Positions 17,209 through 26,686 of a stretch of DNA of 47,507 bases are shown here, in pieces. The notes under the pieces were generated by a model, which was not told the origin of the DNA, made no database searches, and saw only the letters and a list, made by a program, of their open reading frames with translations. Within the stretch, counting starts at the first letter, position 1, and every line of letters starts with the position of its first letter. The translations under genes were made by a program, and so were the position numbers. The stretch covers positions 1 to 47,507 of the forward strand of contig JAYVNB010000065.1 of the NCBI GenBank assembly GCA_043759365.1, in the 5' to 3' direction. The DNA comes from Bacteriovoracaceae bacterium (lineage in GTDB: Bacteria > Bdellovibrionota > UBA1018).

Positions 17209-17625
17209 ATGCGCTCAAGTCGGGAAATGGACGTGCAGGTCTCTCAAGACGTCCTAGGACATAGGGTCGTCAAGCAGAAGAGCGGAGCCTGGGTCGAGGG
17301 GACTCCTCGGGGGAGTCGGCCGCTTCCGGCCTATTCCAAGGAGATATCCGCAGCGTGGGAGGTCGCCAGCCGGGCCTGCATCACCTTGATCCCCATCGAG
17401 GACGGTACTTGGTTCGCCATGGCAGGAAATGGTCGGGGTTGGAAAAGTCCTACGGAATTCATGCAGTTTCTCCAGACCGCGGAGTTCATGGAGTCGGGAG
17501 CGGCAGTAGCCGAAAATCCCGCGCTTGCCATCTGTGTCGCCGCGCTGAAGGCCTCTGAAAAGCGGCAAAACGCGGGTGAAAGGGTGGATATCGATTCCAG
17601 TCCTGGGACTCCGACCGCCCATTGA
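17209..17625 (+). CDS. Small hypothetical protein resembling the phage ABA-sandwich domain family.
   Basis: GAGGAGG Shine-Dalgarno motif 7 nt upstream of ATG 17209. REMDVQVSQDVLGHRV...LPAYSKEISAAWEVASRA resembles the ELDxxVAExVMGW...YSTDIAAAWEVV pattern I recall for that family. This is from memory only and not searched. Confidence 0.55.
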   Translation: MRSSREMDVQVSQDVLGHRVVKQKSGAWVEGTPRGSRPLPAYSKEISAAWEVASRACITLIPIEDGTWFAMAGNGRGWKSPTEFMQFLQTAEFMESGAAVAENPALAICVAALKASEKRQNAGERVDIDSSPGTPTAH

Positions 17626-17672
17626 AGGAGGCGGCTGAGCCAGTAAGTTGGACAGGGCTTTGGACTCCTCGA

Positions 17673-18781
17673 CTACTTGACTGTGAAGTTTCCGCGGATG
17701 CGGGCCGTGATCCGTCCATCTTGCACCGGATCCGGGAGCGAAGACCGAGGCGGAGGAGGTGGTCGATCGTCCGGCGGCGGTGGAGCGGAATCACTCTCGG
17801 ATCCGCCCTTGCGGCCCTCGGGGCGATCACGCTCTTCCTTTTGCTTCTCTTTGACCGAGGCGCCGAGTTTTTTGAGGTCGTCCCGGTTACGGATTTCGGG
17901 AGATTTGCCTCCGGTGTCGGACTGAATTTGAGCCACTTTTTCGGCCGAAAGGTTCTCCGCTCGGGCAGGAGCCGTGGGGGTCTCGACGTAAATCTCGGTC
18001 CCTCGCACTCCCATCACAGCAGACCTGGAGCGGATGAAGAACCTGGGAACAGTCGAAGGAGCGGATCCCGAGCGGATCAGCGCGCGCGGCCCTGCTGAAC
18101 GTCGATCGTGGTTCGCGACTGTTGATCCCGGATCCATGTTTCCGTCAGAACAAGCTGAGTGCTCTCACCGATCAGGATGACTTGAGACTGCCTCACGAGC
18201 AGGGTGCATCCTGAGTTTGGTCCCGTGGTCAGTCGGGCCCCGGTGGGGATTTCGGCCGGAGCGGAGAGCTTCTTGCCGTCGAGGAGTAAGGGCTCGACCC
18301 CCCCGCTGTCCGTAGACCCGGCTCGAGTCGCGTCGTTCAAGTGGATCACGTTGCTGTCATAGCCGGCATCGAGGGGTGCGACGAAACGCCAGGGTCTGGC
18401 CGGAGTCGATCGTGGGTCCGAAGCGGGGGAAGGGGTGGCGGTGGGCGCCAATAGGGTTTCGAGCGACTGACGCTCAGTGGAGCCCGCCAAAGCCAGCGCG
18501 TGATTGAGGGCTGCGCGGGCTGCAGCCGTACGGCCTCGGTGTTCTTGGATTAAAGCCAATATTCTCCAGGCGGAACCGTCTTGGAGGTCCTCGGCAACAT
18601 GGGCTTCCAGGACTGAGGCGGCTTGGTCGTAGTCACCGAGCTCCGACTGCACGCTGGCAGCGAAACGGGCGACTTCCCGGTTAGTGGCGGTATCGCCGAG
18701 GGCCTGCGAGAGGGGCCCAAGGGAAGTCAGGAGCAAGAGAACGGGAAGGTAGGTTCGTCGCGGAGTTTTAGGGACTGTCAT
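17673..18781 (-). pseudogene. TPR-like + FecR-domain exported protein with its reading frame interrupted at a (GC)4 repeat.
   Basis: Two track ORFs (18077..18781 and 17673..18137) lie in different frames. The FecR-type pattern continues across the junction: ...LIGESTQLVLTETWIRDQQSRTTIDVQQGRA | LIRSGSAPSTVPRFFIRSRSAVMGVRGTEIYVE. The break is at GCGCGCGCG (18080-18088), and deleting one GC unit fuses the frames. The N-terminus has a signal peptide and a TPR-like helical region. Confidence 0.6.
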
Positions 18782-19598
18782 AGATCCGGGCAGGCAATGG
18801 TAGCTGCTCCTCCGAAAAAATGGTTGCTGCTCCCGGTTTCTCCGCTGAGATCGACGAGGTAGCAGACAGAGGGTCCAATGGGCGTTGATCCGATGGAATC
18901 AAAGCCTTGGTAGCGGACAAAGTAGCGCTGCCCCGCGACCAATGGTCCGATGTAGTGCGAGCCACTGCTCGATCGCCGAAGTGCCAGAAGTTCCGGATAC
19001 AGCGACGGTTTTTTTTTCGAACGCAGAACGGACGAATACTCGTGTCGTCGTTCCCAGAATTCCGGATTCGCCGGCAAGGCGATTGACGTACAGGTAGGGT
19101 CCCGATGGAGCGGGCGCGGTGCTCGCGTTCAAAGTGAACGGATTAGGTGACACCGAGCCAGTCAGCGCAATGTCTACGCTTAAGTCGATATTCACTCCGA
19201 GCGCGACTCCGCGGATGGCGTAAAACCGAGGCGTCGACATCGTGAGAGGATCCGCGTAGGCATCACTGCAATCCCTGACAAACCCCTCGACCCCGAAATT
19301 GTGCGGCCCCCCCTTTGCGGAGCAGGAATTGCTGGTCGGCGACAAAACCGGTCTGACCGCTCGTCAAGGTAGTCTCAAGTCGGTCAAAAATGGGAAATGC
19401 CTCAATTGCGCCGGAGAAGTCGTCGTAGAGATAAATGTCACGATCGACCGTGCACGAGCTCAGAGTGGAGATTGCACCGCGGAGACCGTCGCCTGCGCGG
19501 ACCCGCGCTTTCACGTACCCTTCGGGGACTTCGCGGCCGCAGACTGTGAGTCCGAAGAGTGCGCCGGTCAAAAGGCAAACTATGCGAACAGATGCCAT
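18778..19598 (-). pseudogene. Hypothetical lipoprotein with its reading frame interrupted twice at homopolymer tracts.
   Basis: Three track ORFs (19263..19598, 18899..19345, 18778..19077) occupy three frames. The lipobox N-terminus is MASVRIVCLLTGALFGLTVCG. Frame switches occur at G7 (C-run 19307-19313: ...FLLRKGG|PHNFGVEGF...) and at A9 (T-run 19009-19017: ...RSAFEKK|PSLYPELL...). The third-frame tail has the better GC3 and ends in an ATGA overlap with the downstream gene start (18778-18781). Confidence 0.55.
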
Positions 19599-19636
19599 CC
19601 GGAAATGAAAGCGCCGGAACCAACGGGAGGCAGGGA

Positions 19637-21595
19637 CTATCCTTCAGCGGGCGTCGAAGCGGACTCCTGTTCAGCGACTCCGGATACCGCCGGGAAAAAC
19701 GGTTGTTTTTGTCCGATCACGTGGCCTGCTGGGATGGGCTTGCCCAATTCATCCACACGAAACACGTTCTCGGGTAGGTTCAGGGACTGCCGCAGCCGAT
19801 CCATCGTCTCCGGGACGAAAGGGTAGAGCATGATCATCAGGTTCTTCAGCACGTAAAAGCAGGAGAAGAGTGCGTTCCTGCGAACGTCCTCGGGAAACCG
19901 GTCGTCATGCGGTTTGTACTGGGTAAACATGCTGTTGATCTGGCGTGCATAGTTTTCAATGAGGTAGAGGAGGGTCGAGTACTCCGCGCGCTCCATGGAG
20001 CGGAAGTATTTCTGAACCATGCGGAGGGTTTCGGTTTCGACCTTCTCCATCACGACGCCCTCGGGCACTTTACCGTCGAATCTCGAGTGGCAGGCGGAGA
20101 TGGGTTTCTCGAAAGCGGCGTTCATCGGACCGGCGAGGAACCGATTACGTTCTTCGAAGGTCGCGAAATCGAAGTTCGATGCTTTTTCAGGCAGGCTCAG
20201 GAGCGCGAGGAAATAGCGGATCTGGTCCGCCGAGTATCCTTTCTCGTCGAGCATCTGGTCGCCCGTGAAGAAGTTGCCCTTGGACTTGGACATTTTTTCG
20301 CCGTCGACCTGAAGCAGGAAACAGCCGAAGACATCGCTCAACTGGTACTCGCCTGCGATCGGGAGGCGCTGCGGATCAGCTTGCGTACCGACCCACATAG
20401 CCCCTTGCATGATCACGTAGAAAAACACGTTGTCTTGACCCAAAAACTGATAGATGCGCGCGTCCGGGTCTTTCCAGAAATCCACGTACTTCTCGGGGTC
20501 CAGTCCTTTTTGCTTCAGCGCCACTTTCGTGAAAGAAATAGGTGCGATCAGGGAGTCCGGCCAGACATAGAGCGTTTTTCCGACCATTTCCGGGCCGAGC
20601 TCCTCGGGCATCGGAATACCCCAAGTTACGTCGCGCGTGATCGAGCGGTGAGCCCAGCCGTCCATGAGTGCATTGGGAATTCCTTGGCTCTCGAGCTCCG
20701 CGCGGGCTTGGACCAGCTCCGGCTTGTTGTCGAACTGGAGCTGGACTTTCTTGCCGGCTGCGTACTTGCTCTTGTGCTTGGGGAGGGTGGCTTTGATCTC
20801 CTTGTACTTCGGTTCGTAGGTATTGTCGAAGTTGAGGGACGGCAGCACGGTGTGGATCACTTCGTTGAAGACCGGGGTGCGCCAGGTCTTCTCCTTGCCC
20901 TGGATCCAGGAGCGCAGGGTCTCCGATACTTTCCACATGTCGAGCCAGGCATGCAGCGTGTCGCGAAGCTCGGGCGTCGCTTCGCTGAGCGTGCTGCGGG
21001 GTCCGACGAGTTCAGCAGGATCGTATTTCGATCCACATTTGTCGCATTCGTCACTGAAAGCGGCTTCGTTGTCGCATTTCGGGTTCGGGCATCTGCCATT
21101 CACGAATCGGTCCTGAAGAAAGCGGTTCAGCAGGGGATCGAACCACTGACGACTTACGCGTTTCTCGAGAAGACCGTTTCGGTAAAGCTTTCGGAGGAAG
21201 TCCTGCGAGGTCTCCTTGTGGATCGGGAAGCACTCCGGCCGGGAGGTTCCGGTGTAGGTGTCGAAACTAATCGAGAACCGGGACATCGTCACTTGTTGTT
21301 GCGCATGGATCGCGTCGATGAACTCGCGGATCGGTTTGCCGGCTTTGATGGCAGCCAACTCGCTCGTGGACCCGTGATCATCGGTTCCGCAAACGAAGAG
21401 CACGTTCTCCACACCGATCAACATCCTCATGTAGCGTGCGTAGACATCAGGCGGGACGTGGGCTCCGGCCAAGTGACCCAAATGAACCGGGCCGTTAGCA
21501 TAGGGCATGCCTGCAGTGATCACCGCGCGCTTAGGGCGGTAGAGCTGTTTTTTGAGGGCTTCGATATCCTTGGGGGCGCCTGGATGCTGGTTCAT
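19637..21595 (-). CDS. metG: Methionine--tRNA ligase
   Basis: 652 aa. PYANGPVHLGHLAG (HIGH), KMSKSKGN (KMSKS) and zinc knuckles CPNPKCDNEAAFSDECDKCG. Confidence 0.95.
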   Translation of the reverse strand: MNQHPGAPKDIEALKKQLYRPKRAVITAGMPYANGPVHLGHLAGAHVPPDVYARYMRMLIGVENVLFVCGTDDHGSTSELAAIKAGKPIREFIDAIHAQQQVTMSRFSISFDTYTGTSRPECFPIHKETSQDFLRKLYRNGLLEKRVSRQWFDPLLNRFLQDRFVNGRCPNPKCDNEAAFSDECDKCGSKYDPAELVGPRSTLSEATPELRDTLHAWLDMWKVSETLRSWIQGKEKTWRTPVFNEVIHTVLPSLNFDNTYEPKYKEIKATLPKHKSKYAAGKKVQLQFDNKPELVQARAELESQGIPNALMDGWAHRSITRDVTWGIPMPEELGPEMVGKTLYVWPDSLIAPISFTKVALKQKGLDPEKYVDFWKDPDARIYQFLGQDNVFFYVIMQGAMWVGTQADPQRLPIAGEYQLSDVFGCFLLQVDGEKMSKSKGNFFTGDQMLDEKGYSADQIRYFLALLSLPEKASNFDFATFEERNRFLAGPMNAAFEKPISACHSRFDGKVPEGVVMEKVETETLRMVQKYFRSMERAEYSTLLYLIENYARQINSMFTQYKPHDDRFPEDVRRNALFSCFYVLKNLMIMLYPFVPETMDRLRQSLNLPENVFRVDELGKPIPAGHVIGQKQPFFPAVSGVAEQESASTPAEG

Positions 21596-21672
21596 TCCTC
21601 TCTTTCTAAGGCTTTTATCGGTTTTTGAGAAACCAGAAAAATGGACTGTGCGAGGAGGGGGAGCGTCAAGGT

Positions 21673-23973
21673 TCAGGAGGTCTTGAACTCGTGCCAGTCT
21701 CGGACAGGGAGTTCGAAAAAGAAGGTCGATCCTACCCCCAGCTCGCTCTGGACCCAGATGCGGCCCTGGTGTGAGACGATGATTTCCCGGCTGATGTAGA
21801 GCCCAAGTCCGAGTCCGCTGATCTCGTTGGCAGATACCGCGCGTTCGAACCGGTTGAAAACACGCTCCAGGCTCTCAGGAGCGATTCCCCTTCCTTGATC
21901 CGACACCGACACGACGACTTTGTCCCCGATCGGCTCGACTTTGACCACCACAGGGCTGCCATTTCCGTATCGGCTGGCATTGGTGAGGAAGTTCGTCACC
22001 ACTTGTTCGATGCGAAAACGGTCGACCCAGGCAGTGGCGGGTGGGCCGCAGATCAGTCGGCTCGGGCAGCCGTTCACGCTCAGCTGCTCTTCGAGTTGTT
22101 CGTAGACGTCGCGGACGATCTCACTGACGTCAGCCCATTCTCGAGTCATCGAAAGTTTTCCGGACTCGATTTTCGAGAAGTCCAGCATGTCATCGACCAA
22201 CCGGATCAGGCGTCCTACCTGCTTCTCGTTGTTGGTGACCATTTTGCCCACGTTTTCAGGAGAGAAAGCCTCTTTCTTGCCCCTCTCGAAACTTCGGCGC
22301 ATGGATTGGGTCTGCAGTTTGAGGCTTGTCAGTGGCGTTTTGAGCTCATGCGAAGCGATGGACATGAATTCGCTGCGCGCGGCTAAGGCCGCTTTTTGGT
22401 CCTCGATATCGGTACAGGTCCCGAACCACCGCTCGATTCGACCCTCTTGCCCTCGAAAAGCCTGCGCTCTGACGAGAAACCACCGATAGGTGGAATCCGA
22501 TTCGCGAAGTAGCCTGAATTCGGTTTCGTAGTTTTCACCCGTGGCCACCGATCGGGTCCAGTCTTCGACCGCGCGCTTCGTGTCCTCGCGATGGACGAAA
22601 TTCAGCCATTTTCCGGGATCGGAGGAGCCCGAGTATTGGCTCCAGCGTGCATTGGTGTAGTCGAGCATCCCGTCGGGTCGTGCGGTCCAGACCACTTGGG
22701 GTAAGGTGTCGGCCATCAGCCTGAACTGCCTTTCGCTGCGGCGAAGTGCTTGTTCGGAGAGGGCTCGATCCGTGACGTCGAGCACGGTCCCGGAAAGGCG
22801 AATGGCCTGTTTGCCTGTTGGGCCTTCCGCGAAAGCGCACTTGCCGCGGAGGGCGAGCCAGCGTACATCGCGACCGGGCTGGATGATTCGATACTCGATG
22901 TCGCAAACACCGTTTCCCTCGGGATTCATGGCTTGAGTCAGGGCAGCCTCCACGCGAGGTCGATCCTCGAGATGGACTTGGTTCAGGGCGAGATTCAGCG
23001 GGATGGGACTCGCCGAGGAAAGGCCGAAGAGTTCGTTCGTTCGCGGAGACCCGTCGACTTGTCCGGTCAGCACGTTCAGATCCCAGGCGCCCATGCGGGC
23101 TGCTTCGATGGCGAAGCGGTACTGTTCAAGACTTTCTGCGAGTTTAACCCGGGAGTTGACCCTTTCTGTGACGTCGTTCGCCTGAATCAGGACCCCGTAA
23201 GGTTTACCGTCGGAGTCGAGGATTTGAGTGTAGGACTGGTCGAAAAACCGTTCTTCCAGAGGGCTGGACTCGGTCCTTCGGAGCCAGGCGCAGGCTTCTG
23301 ACTCGGAGTAAGGCAGTCCTGTTTCATGGACCTGCGAGATCAGGTCGGGAAACTTTTGACCCTTCAGTTCGGGGAGGGCTGTCAGGAGAGCGTGGCCCAC
23401 GATCGGTCGGTCTTGAAATAGACTCAAGTAATTCGCGTTCGCTTTTTCATAGACGAACTCATTGCCTTGCAAGATCGCCATGGCGGCTGAAGCTTTCGTG
23501 AAAACGGTCTCGAGTTTCAGGCGCTCCAGGCGAAGCTTGGCCTGGAACTCGACCTTTTCCGTCACGTTGACCGCGAAAGCGAAGATGCCGTAGGGTTTTC
23601 CGTTCCGATCCGAGATGCGGCGGTAGGTGATGTCGACGTAAATTCGCCTCAGCCCACCGCGCTCCGATTGCAAGGGCCGGAGCAGCGCTTGGACTTCGCG
23701 CGCCCGAAATGTCTCTCCCGTGGAGAAGACTTGATCCAAAATGGCGGGAAACGGTTGTCCCTCGAGCTCGGGAATCGCTTCGAGCAAGGTTTTTCCCAAG
23801 AGATCGGTGCGGCCGACCAGCTGGTAGAACTCCTCGTTGGCCGCCTCAAAAACGAACGTCGGACCCTTCAAAAGGGCGAGTGCGGCCGGAATCTCCTGGA
23901 ACAGAGTCTCGAACTTCTCGATCTCGCTCGCTTCGTGATCGGGTTGCAGGGGGCCGTTTTCGGGATGGTTCAT
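21673..23973 (-). CDS. Multi-PAS sensor histidine kinase (cytoplasmic; no adjacent response regulator).
   Basis: 766 aa. It contains about four PAS/PAC repeats, an H-box SIASHELKTPLTSL, an N-box FLTNASRYG, and G-boxes DQGRGI and GLGLGLYISREI. There is no N-terminal TM segment. Confidence 0.9.
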   Translation of the reverse strand: MNHPENGPLQPDHEASEIEKFETLFQEIPAALALLKGPTFVFEAANEEFYQLVGRTDLLGKTLLEAIPELEGQPFPAILDQVFSTGETFRAREVQALLRPLQSERGGLRRIYVDITYRRISDRNGKPYGIFAFAVNVTEKVEFQAKLRLERLKLETVFTKASAAMAILQGNEFVYEKANANYLSLFQDRPIVGHALLTALPELKGQKFPDLISQVHETGLPYSESEACAWLRRTESSPLEERFFDQSYTQILDSDGKPYGVLIQANDVTERVNSRVKLAESLEQYRFAIEAARMGAWDLNVLTGQVDGSPRTNELFGLSSASPIPLNLALNQVHLEDRPRVEAALTQAMNPEGNGVCDIEYRIIQPGRDVRWLALRGKCAFAEGPTGKQAIRLSGTVLDVTDRALSEQALRRSERQFRLMADTLPQVVWTARPDGMLDYTNARWSQYSGSSDPGKWLNFVHREDTKRAVEDWTRSVATGENYETEFRLLRESDSTYRWFLVRAQAFRGQEGRIERWFGTCTDIEDQKAALAARSEFMSIASHELKTPLTSLKLQTQSMRRSFERGKKEAFSPENVGKMVTNNEKQVGRLIRLVDDMLDFSKIESGKLSMTREWADVSEIVRDVYEQLEEQLSVNGCPSRLICGPPATAWVDRFRIEQVVTNFLTNASRYGNGSPVVVKVEPIGDKVVVSVSDQGRGIAPESLERVFNRFERAVSANEISGLGLGLYISREIIVSHQGRIWVQSELGVGSTFFFELPVRDWHEFKTS

Positions 23974-24159
23974 GGCTGGGATGGCCTCTTGATACCTGAG
24001 GGTCTAGTAAACGTACAGGGAGTGGTTCAGATCATCAGCGAGAGTTGAACCGAGGGGCTTTTGACGAAACTTGCCCTTTCGCGACCCGGCGCGCACCATT
24101 GGACGACTCTTCGGTTTCCCTACTCTATCGTTCCCGGCCCAGCGCTTTCAAAGGACCCC

Positions 24160-24972
24160 ATGACCCAACGTCGTTTCCTCTCCCTTCAGGCCAATAGAAT
24201 GGCGTGTTCAGTGTTTCTGCTTTCTCTCGTATTCACTTCCGCCTGTGGAACGGAAGGAGGCGGGGCTTCTCTGTTCGGTACCGCCACCGCTGCGGGTGCG
24301 GGAACCGGTGTGGGAGGCGCAGGACGGGGGCCGGCTCCCCTGAATTTGGGCACTGCAGCCAATTATGCGATTTTAGCCCAGTCGGCAGTCACGGATGTCC
24401 CGAGTTCGGCTGTCACCGGAAACATCGGTTTGAGTCCCGCGACCGGAGCCGGAATCGGCATAACCTGCGGTGAGGTCACTGGATCGATCTACAGTGTCGA
24501 CGCTGCTGGGCCAGCCTGCAAAGTGACTGCAGCGTCTCAGCTGACCACCGCCATCGGCGACAAGGGCACCGCCTACACGAATGCTGCAGGTCGTGCACCT
24601 GACTACACGGAGCTCGGTGCAGGAGAGCTGGGTGGCCTTAATCTGGGCCCTGCGACCTACAAGTGGAGCACTGCGGTTTCTATTCGAGCGGATGTCCTCT
24701 TGACGGGCGGCGCAAACGACGTGTGGATTTTTCAAGTGGCTCAAGGTCTATCCATCGGTTCGGGCATGAAGGTCATCCTCGCGGGAGGTGCCCTGCCGCA
24801 GAACATCTACTGGCAAGTGTTTTCGGCGGCGGATCTCGGCACGACTTCGGCCTTCAAGGGGACCATCCTCTCTCAGACCGCGATCGTGATGAAGACGGGT
24901 GCTTCGATTCAAGGAAGGCTTTTGGCTGGCACCGCAGTTAATCTGGACCACAACACGATCACGAGTCCGTGA
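24160..24972 (+). CDS. DUF3494 / ice-binding-like family lipoprotein
   Basis: The track ORF is trimmed to ATG 24160 (alternative 24199). Lipobox SLVFTSACG. LGTAANYAILAQSAVTDVPSSAVTGNIGLSPATGAGI is the N-terminal signature of the ice-binding-like (DUF3494) beta-solenoid family. The C-terminus is GRLLAGTAVNLDHNTIT. Confidence 0.8.
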   Translation: MTQRRFLSLQANRMACSVFLLSLVFTSACGTEGGGASLFGTATAAGAGTGVGGAGRGPAPLNLGTAANYAILAQSAVTDVPSSAVTGNIGLSPATGAGIGITCGEVTGSIYSVDAAGPACKVTAASQLTTAIGDKGTAYTNAAGRAPDYTELGAGELGGLNLGPATYKWSTAVSIRADVLLTGGANDVWIFQVAQGLSIGSGMKVILAGGALPQNIYWQVFSAADLGTTSAFKGTILSQTAIVMKTGASIQGRLLAGTAVNLDHNTITSP

Positions 24973-24980
24973 TGTAAACT

Positions 24981-25017
24981 GCGAAGGCGTTGGGAAGTCT
25001 TTTTGCGACGCCTTCGC
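24981..25017 (+). terminator. Hairpin downstream of the DUF3494 gene.
   Basis: GCGAAGGCGT (24981-24990) pairs with ACGCCTTCGC (25008-25017) in a 10-bp stem with a 17-nt loop. It is followed by a weak T-containing tract (CCGATTTCGG). Confidence 0.45.
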
Positions 25018-25165
25018 CCGATTTCGGCTGATGACTATAAATTGAAGAGTAGCGCAAATCCTGGTCATCTTTTGGACTGCCTCGAGCCGAAATGTCCAAA
25101 TCTATCCAACTCCTTGGACTGGCCCAGCGATTGCTCATGCCGGTTGGCCCCGAGGAGGCGCAACC

Positions 25166-26644
25166 ATGCTCATTTCCAAAGCCGGACAACTGCACCTGAT
25201 CCAATTCGCCCTTTGCGCAGCGATGGTACTTGGCTGTGGCCGGGCCCATCCCACCGTAGTCCAGGTGTCGGCTCTTCCAGAGGCCACCCGAAGGGCCGTC
25301 GAGCAGAATTTGCAGAACAACCGACTTCCTCGTCCCGGGGAGGTCGGTGACAGCTTGGTACCCCTCGCCAGTAACAGCTGCGAGACGTTCAAGGGCAAAA
25401 TTCCGGCAGACTGGCAGCAAGGGTTACTGGAAGTGCCTGAGGATCCCGCGGTTCCCGCTGGCGCTAAAATTCATGTCTTCTATTACGGGAAGATCTCCGC
25501 TGACTCGTCTCCCGTCGTATTCTTCAACGGAGGGCCGGGCTCGGATAGTCACGGTTCGTTTCAAGGCCTGACCCGCGCTCAGCCGTTGTTTGATCCGCAA
25601 GCCAAACTCTCGTTCGTGTACCTCGACCAGAGGGGTACAGGTTGCTCGGACTTCTACCCTCAAGGCAACACTCCCGATGTTCTGGCCAGACTGCGGCACT
25701 ATGGATCGCGGGGAATCGTGGCAGACGCCGAACAAATCAGGATCAAGCTGATTGGAGCACAGCCTTGGAAGGCGTTTGGACAGAGTTACGGAGGATTCAT
25801 CGTCCATCGTTACGCTATCGTTGCTCCCGGCTCGTTGACGGGGGCCTACGCGCACGCAAATACGTTGAATTCGGACGGGTACCAGAGAATCAAATTGCGA
25901 ATTGCGTCACAGGCCCGCGTGATGGAAGCTTTTTTGAATCAGTATCCGGATGATCGAACCCCGTTGCAGGGACTGAAAGCCTATCTCAAGGTCGACAAAT
26001 GTTTCGCGAACCCTTCAGACTCGAATCAGACCAGTTGCGGGCAGTCCATCATCGAGATCATCGCAAGTAGCCTCCTTGGATTCAACGATCAATGGTTGAC
26101 CATCCATCAATGGATCCACCTGATGAGTCCGGCCGCCGGTCCGTCAGACACCGGTATCGGACGCTTCTTGGCGACTTTTTACTTCTCGACTTCCAATCCC
26201 CTGAACTCCAAGCGTTGGGCGAACAGGGTCATCGGTTGGGTCGATCGCAACGTGCCTTCATTTGACGGGTTCCAGTGCAAGCGGATCCGTGAGGACCTCA
26301 GGGCAGAAGGTTTAGAACTCGACACTGTTCTGAGTCACGAGTGCATGTCGGCGCTCCAGCAGCTGGGGGCGAACCCCATCGATTCCACTTTGCCGGTGCA
26401 CGACCTGGCCCGGGATCTCATGGCGCCGGCTGATTTATTAGCCACCTTGATCGCCCATCCGACGCTCCAGTTCCACCTCTATTCAGGCCAAAAGGACCCC
26501 TACGTCCCCGTGGAGAGTTTTGCCGAAGAACTCGGGGTCATGGGCACCTCCTGTCCCGGGTTCCACTACACCCATTTTCTGGGCACCGGCCATGATGGAT
26601 TCAAGACTGAACCTCAAGTCTGGCAGGATCTGCTGGGCTCTTGA
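25166..26644 (+). CDS. Alpha/beta hydrolase lipoprotein of the peptidase S33 (prolyl / tripeptidyl aminopeptidase-like) family.
   Basis: GAGGAGG Shine-Dalgarno motif 8 nt upstream. Lipobox AAMVLGCG. FFNGGPGSDSH oxyanion motif, GQSYGG nucleophile elbow and C-terminal GTGHDG. Confidence 0.8.
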   Translation: MLISKAGQLHLIQFALCAAMVLGCGRAHPTVVQVSALPEATRRAVEQNLQNNRLPRPGEVGDSLVPLASNSCETFKGKIPADWQQGLLEVPEDPAVPAGAKIHVFYYGKISADSSPVVFFNGGPGSDSHGSFQGLTRAQPLFDPQAKLSFVYLDQRGTGCSDFYPQGNTPDVLARLRHYGSRGIVADAEQIRIKLIGAQPWKAFGQSYGGFIVHRYAIVAPGSLTGAYAHANTLNSDGYQRIKLRIASQARVMEAFLNQYPDDRTPLQGLKAYLKVDKCFANPSDSNQTSCGQSIIEIIASSLLGFNDQWLTIHQWIHLMSPAAGPSDTGIGRFLATFYFSTSNPLNSKRWANRVIGWVDRNVPSFDGFQCKRIREDLRAEGLELDTVLSHECMSALQQLGANPIDSTLPVHDLARDLMAPADLLATLIAHPTLQFHLYSGQKDPYVPVESFAEELGVMGTSCPGFHYTHFLGTGHDGFKTEPQVWQDLLGS

Positions 26645-26686
26645 TTTCGACTTTTAGAATTGGTCCAGGAAGAGTAGAAGATTTCC

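Noticed and set aside
16887-17264. 125-aa ORF with one TM-like helix between the cupredoxin gene and the phage-like small gene.
   Set aside because: It is not reported as a feature. It has a GTG start without a Shine-Dalgarno motif, its C-terminal half is compositionally odd, and it overlaps the well-supported ATG at 17209 by 56 nt. Only the first 60 codons or so look like coding sequence. It is mentioned in the findings.
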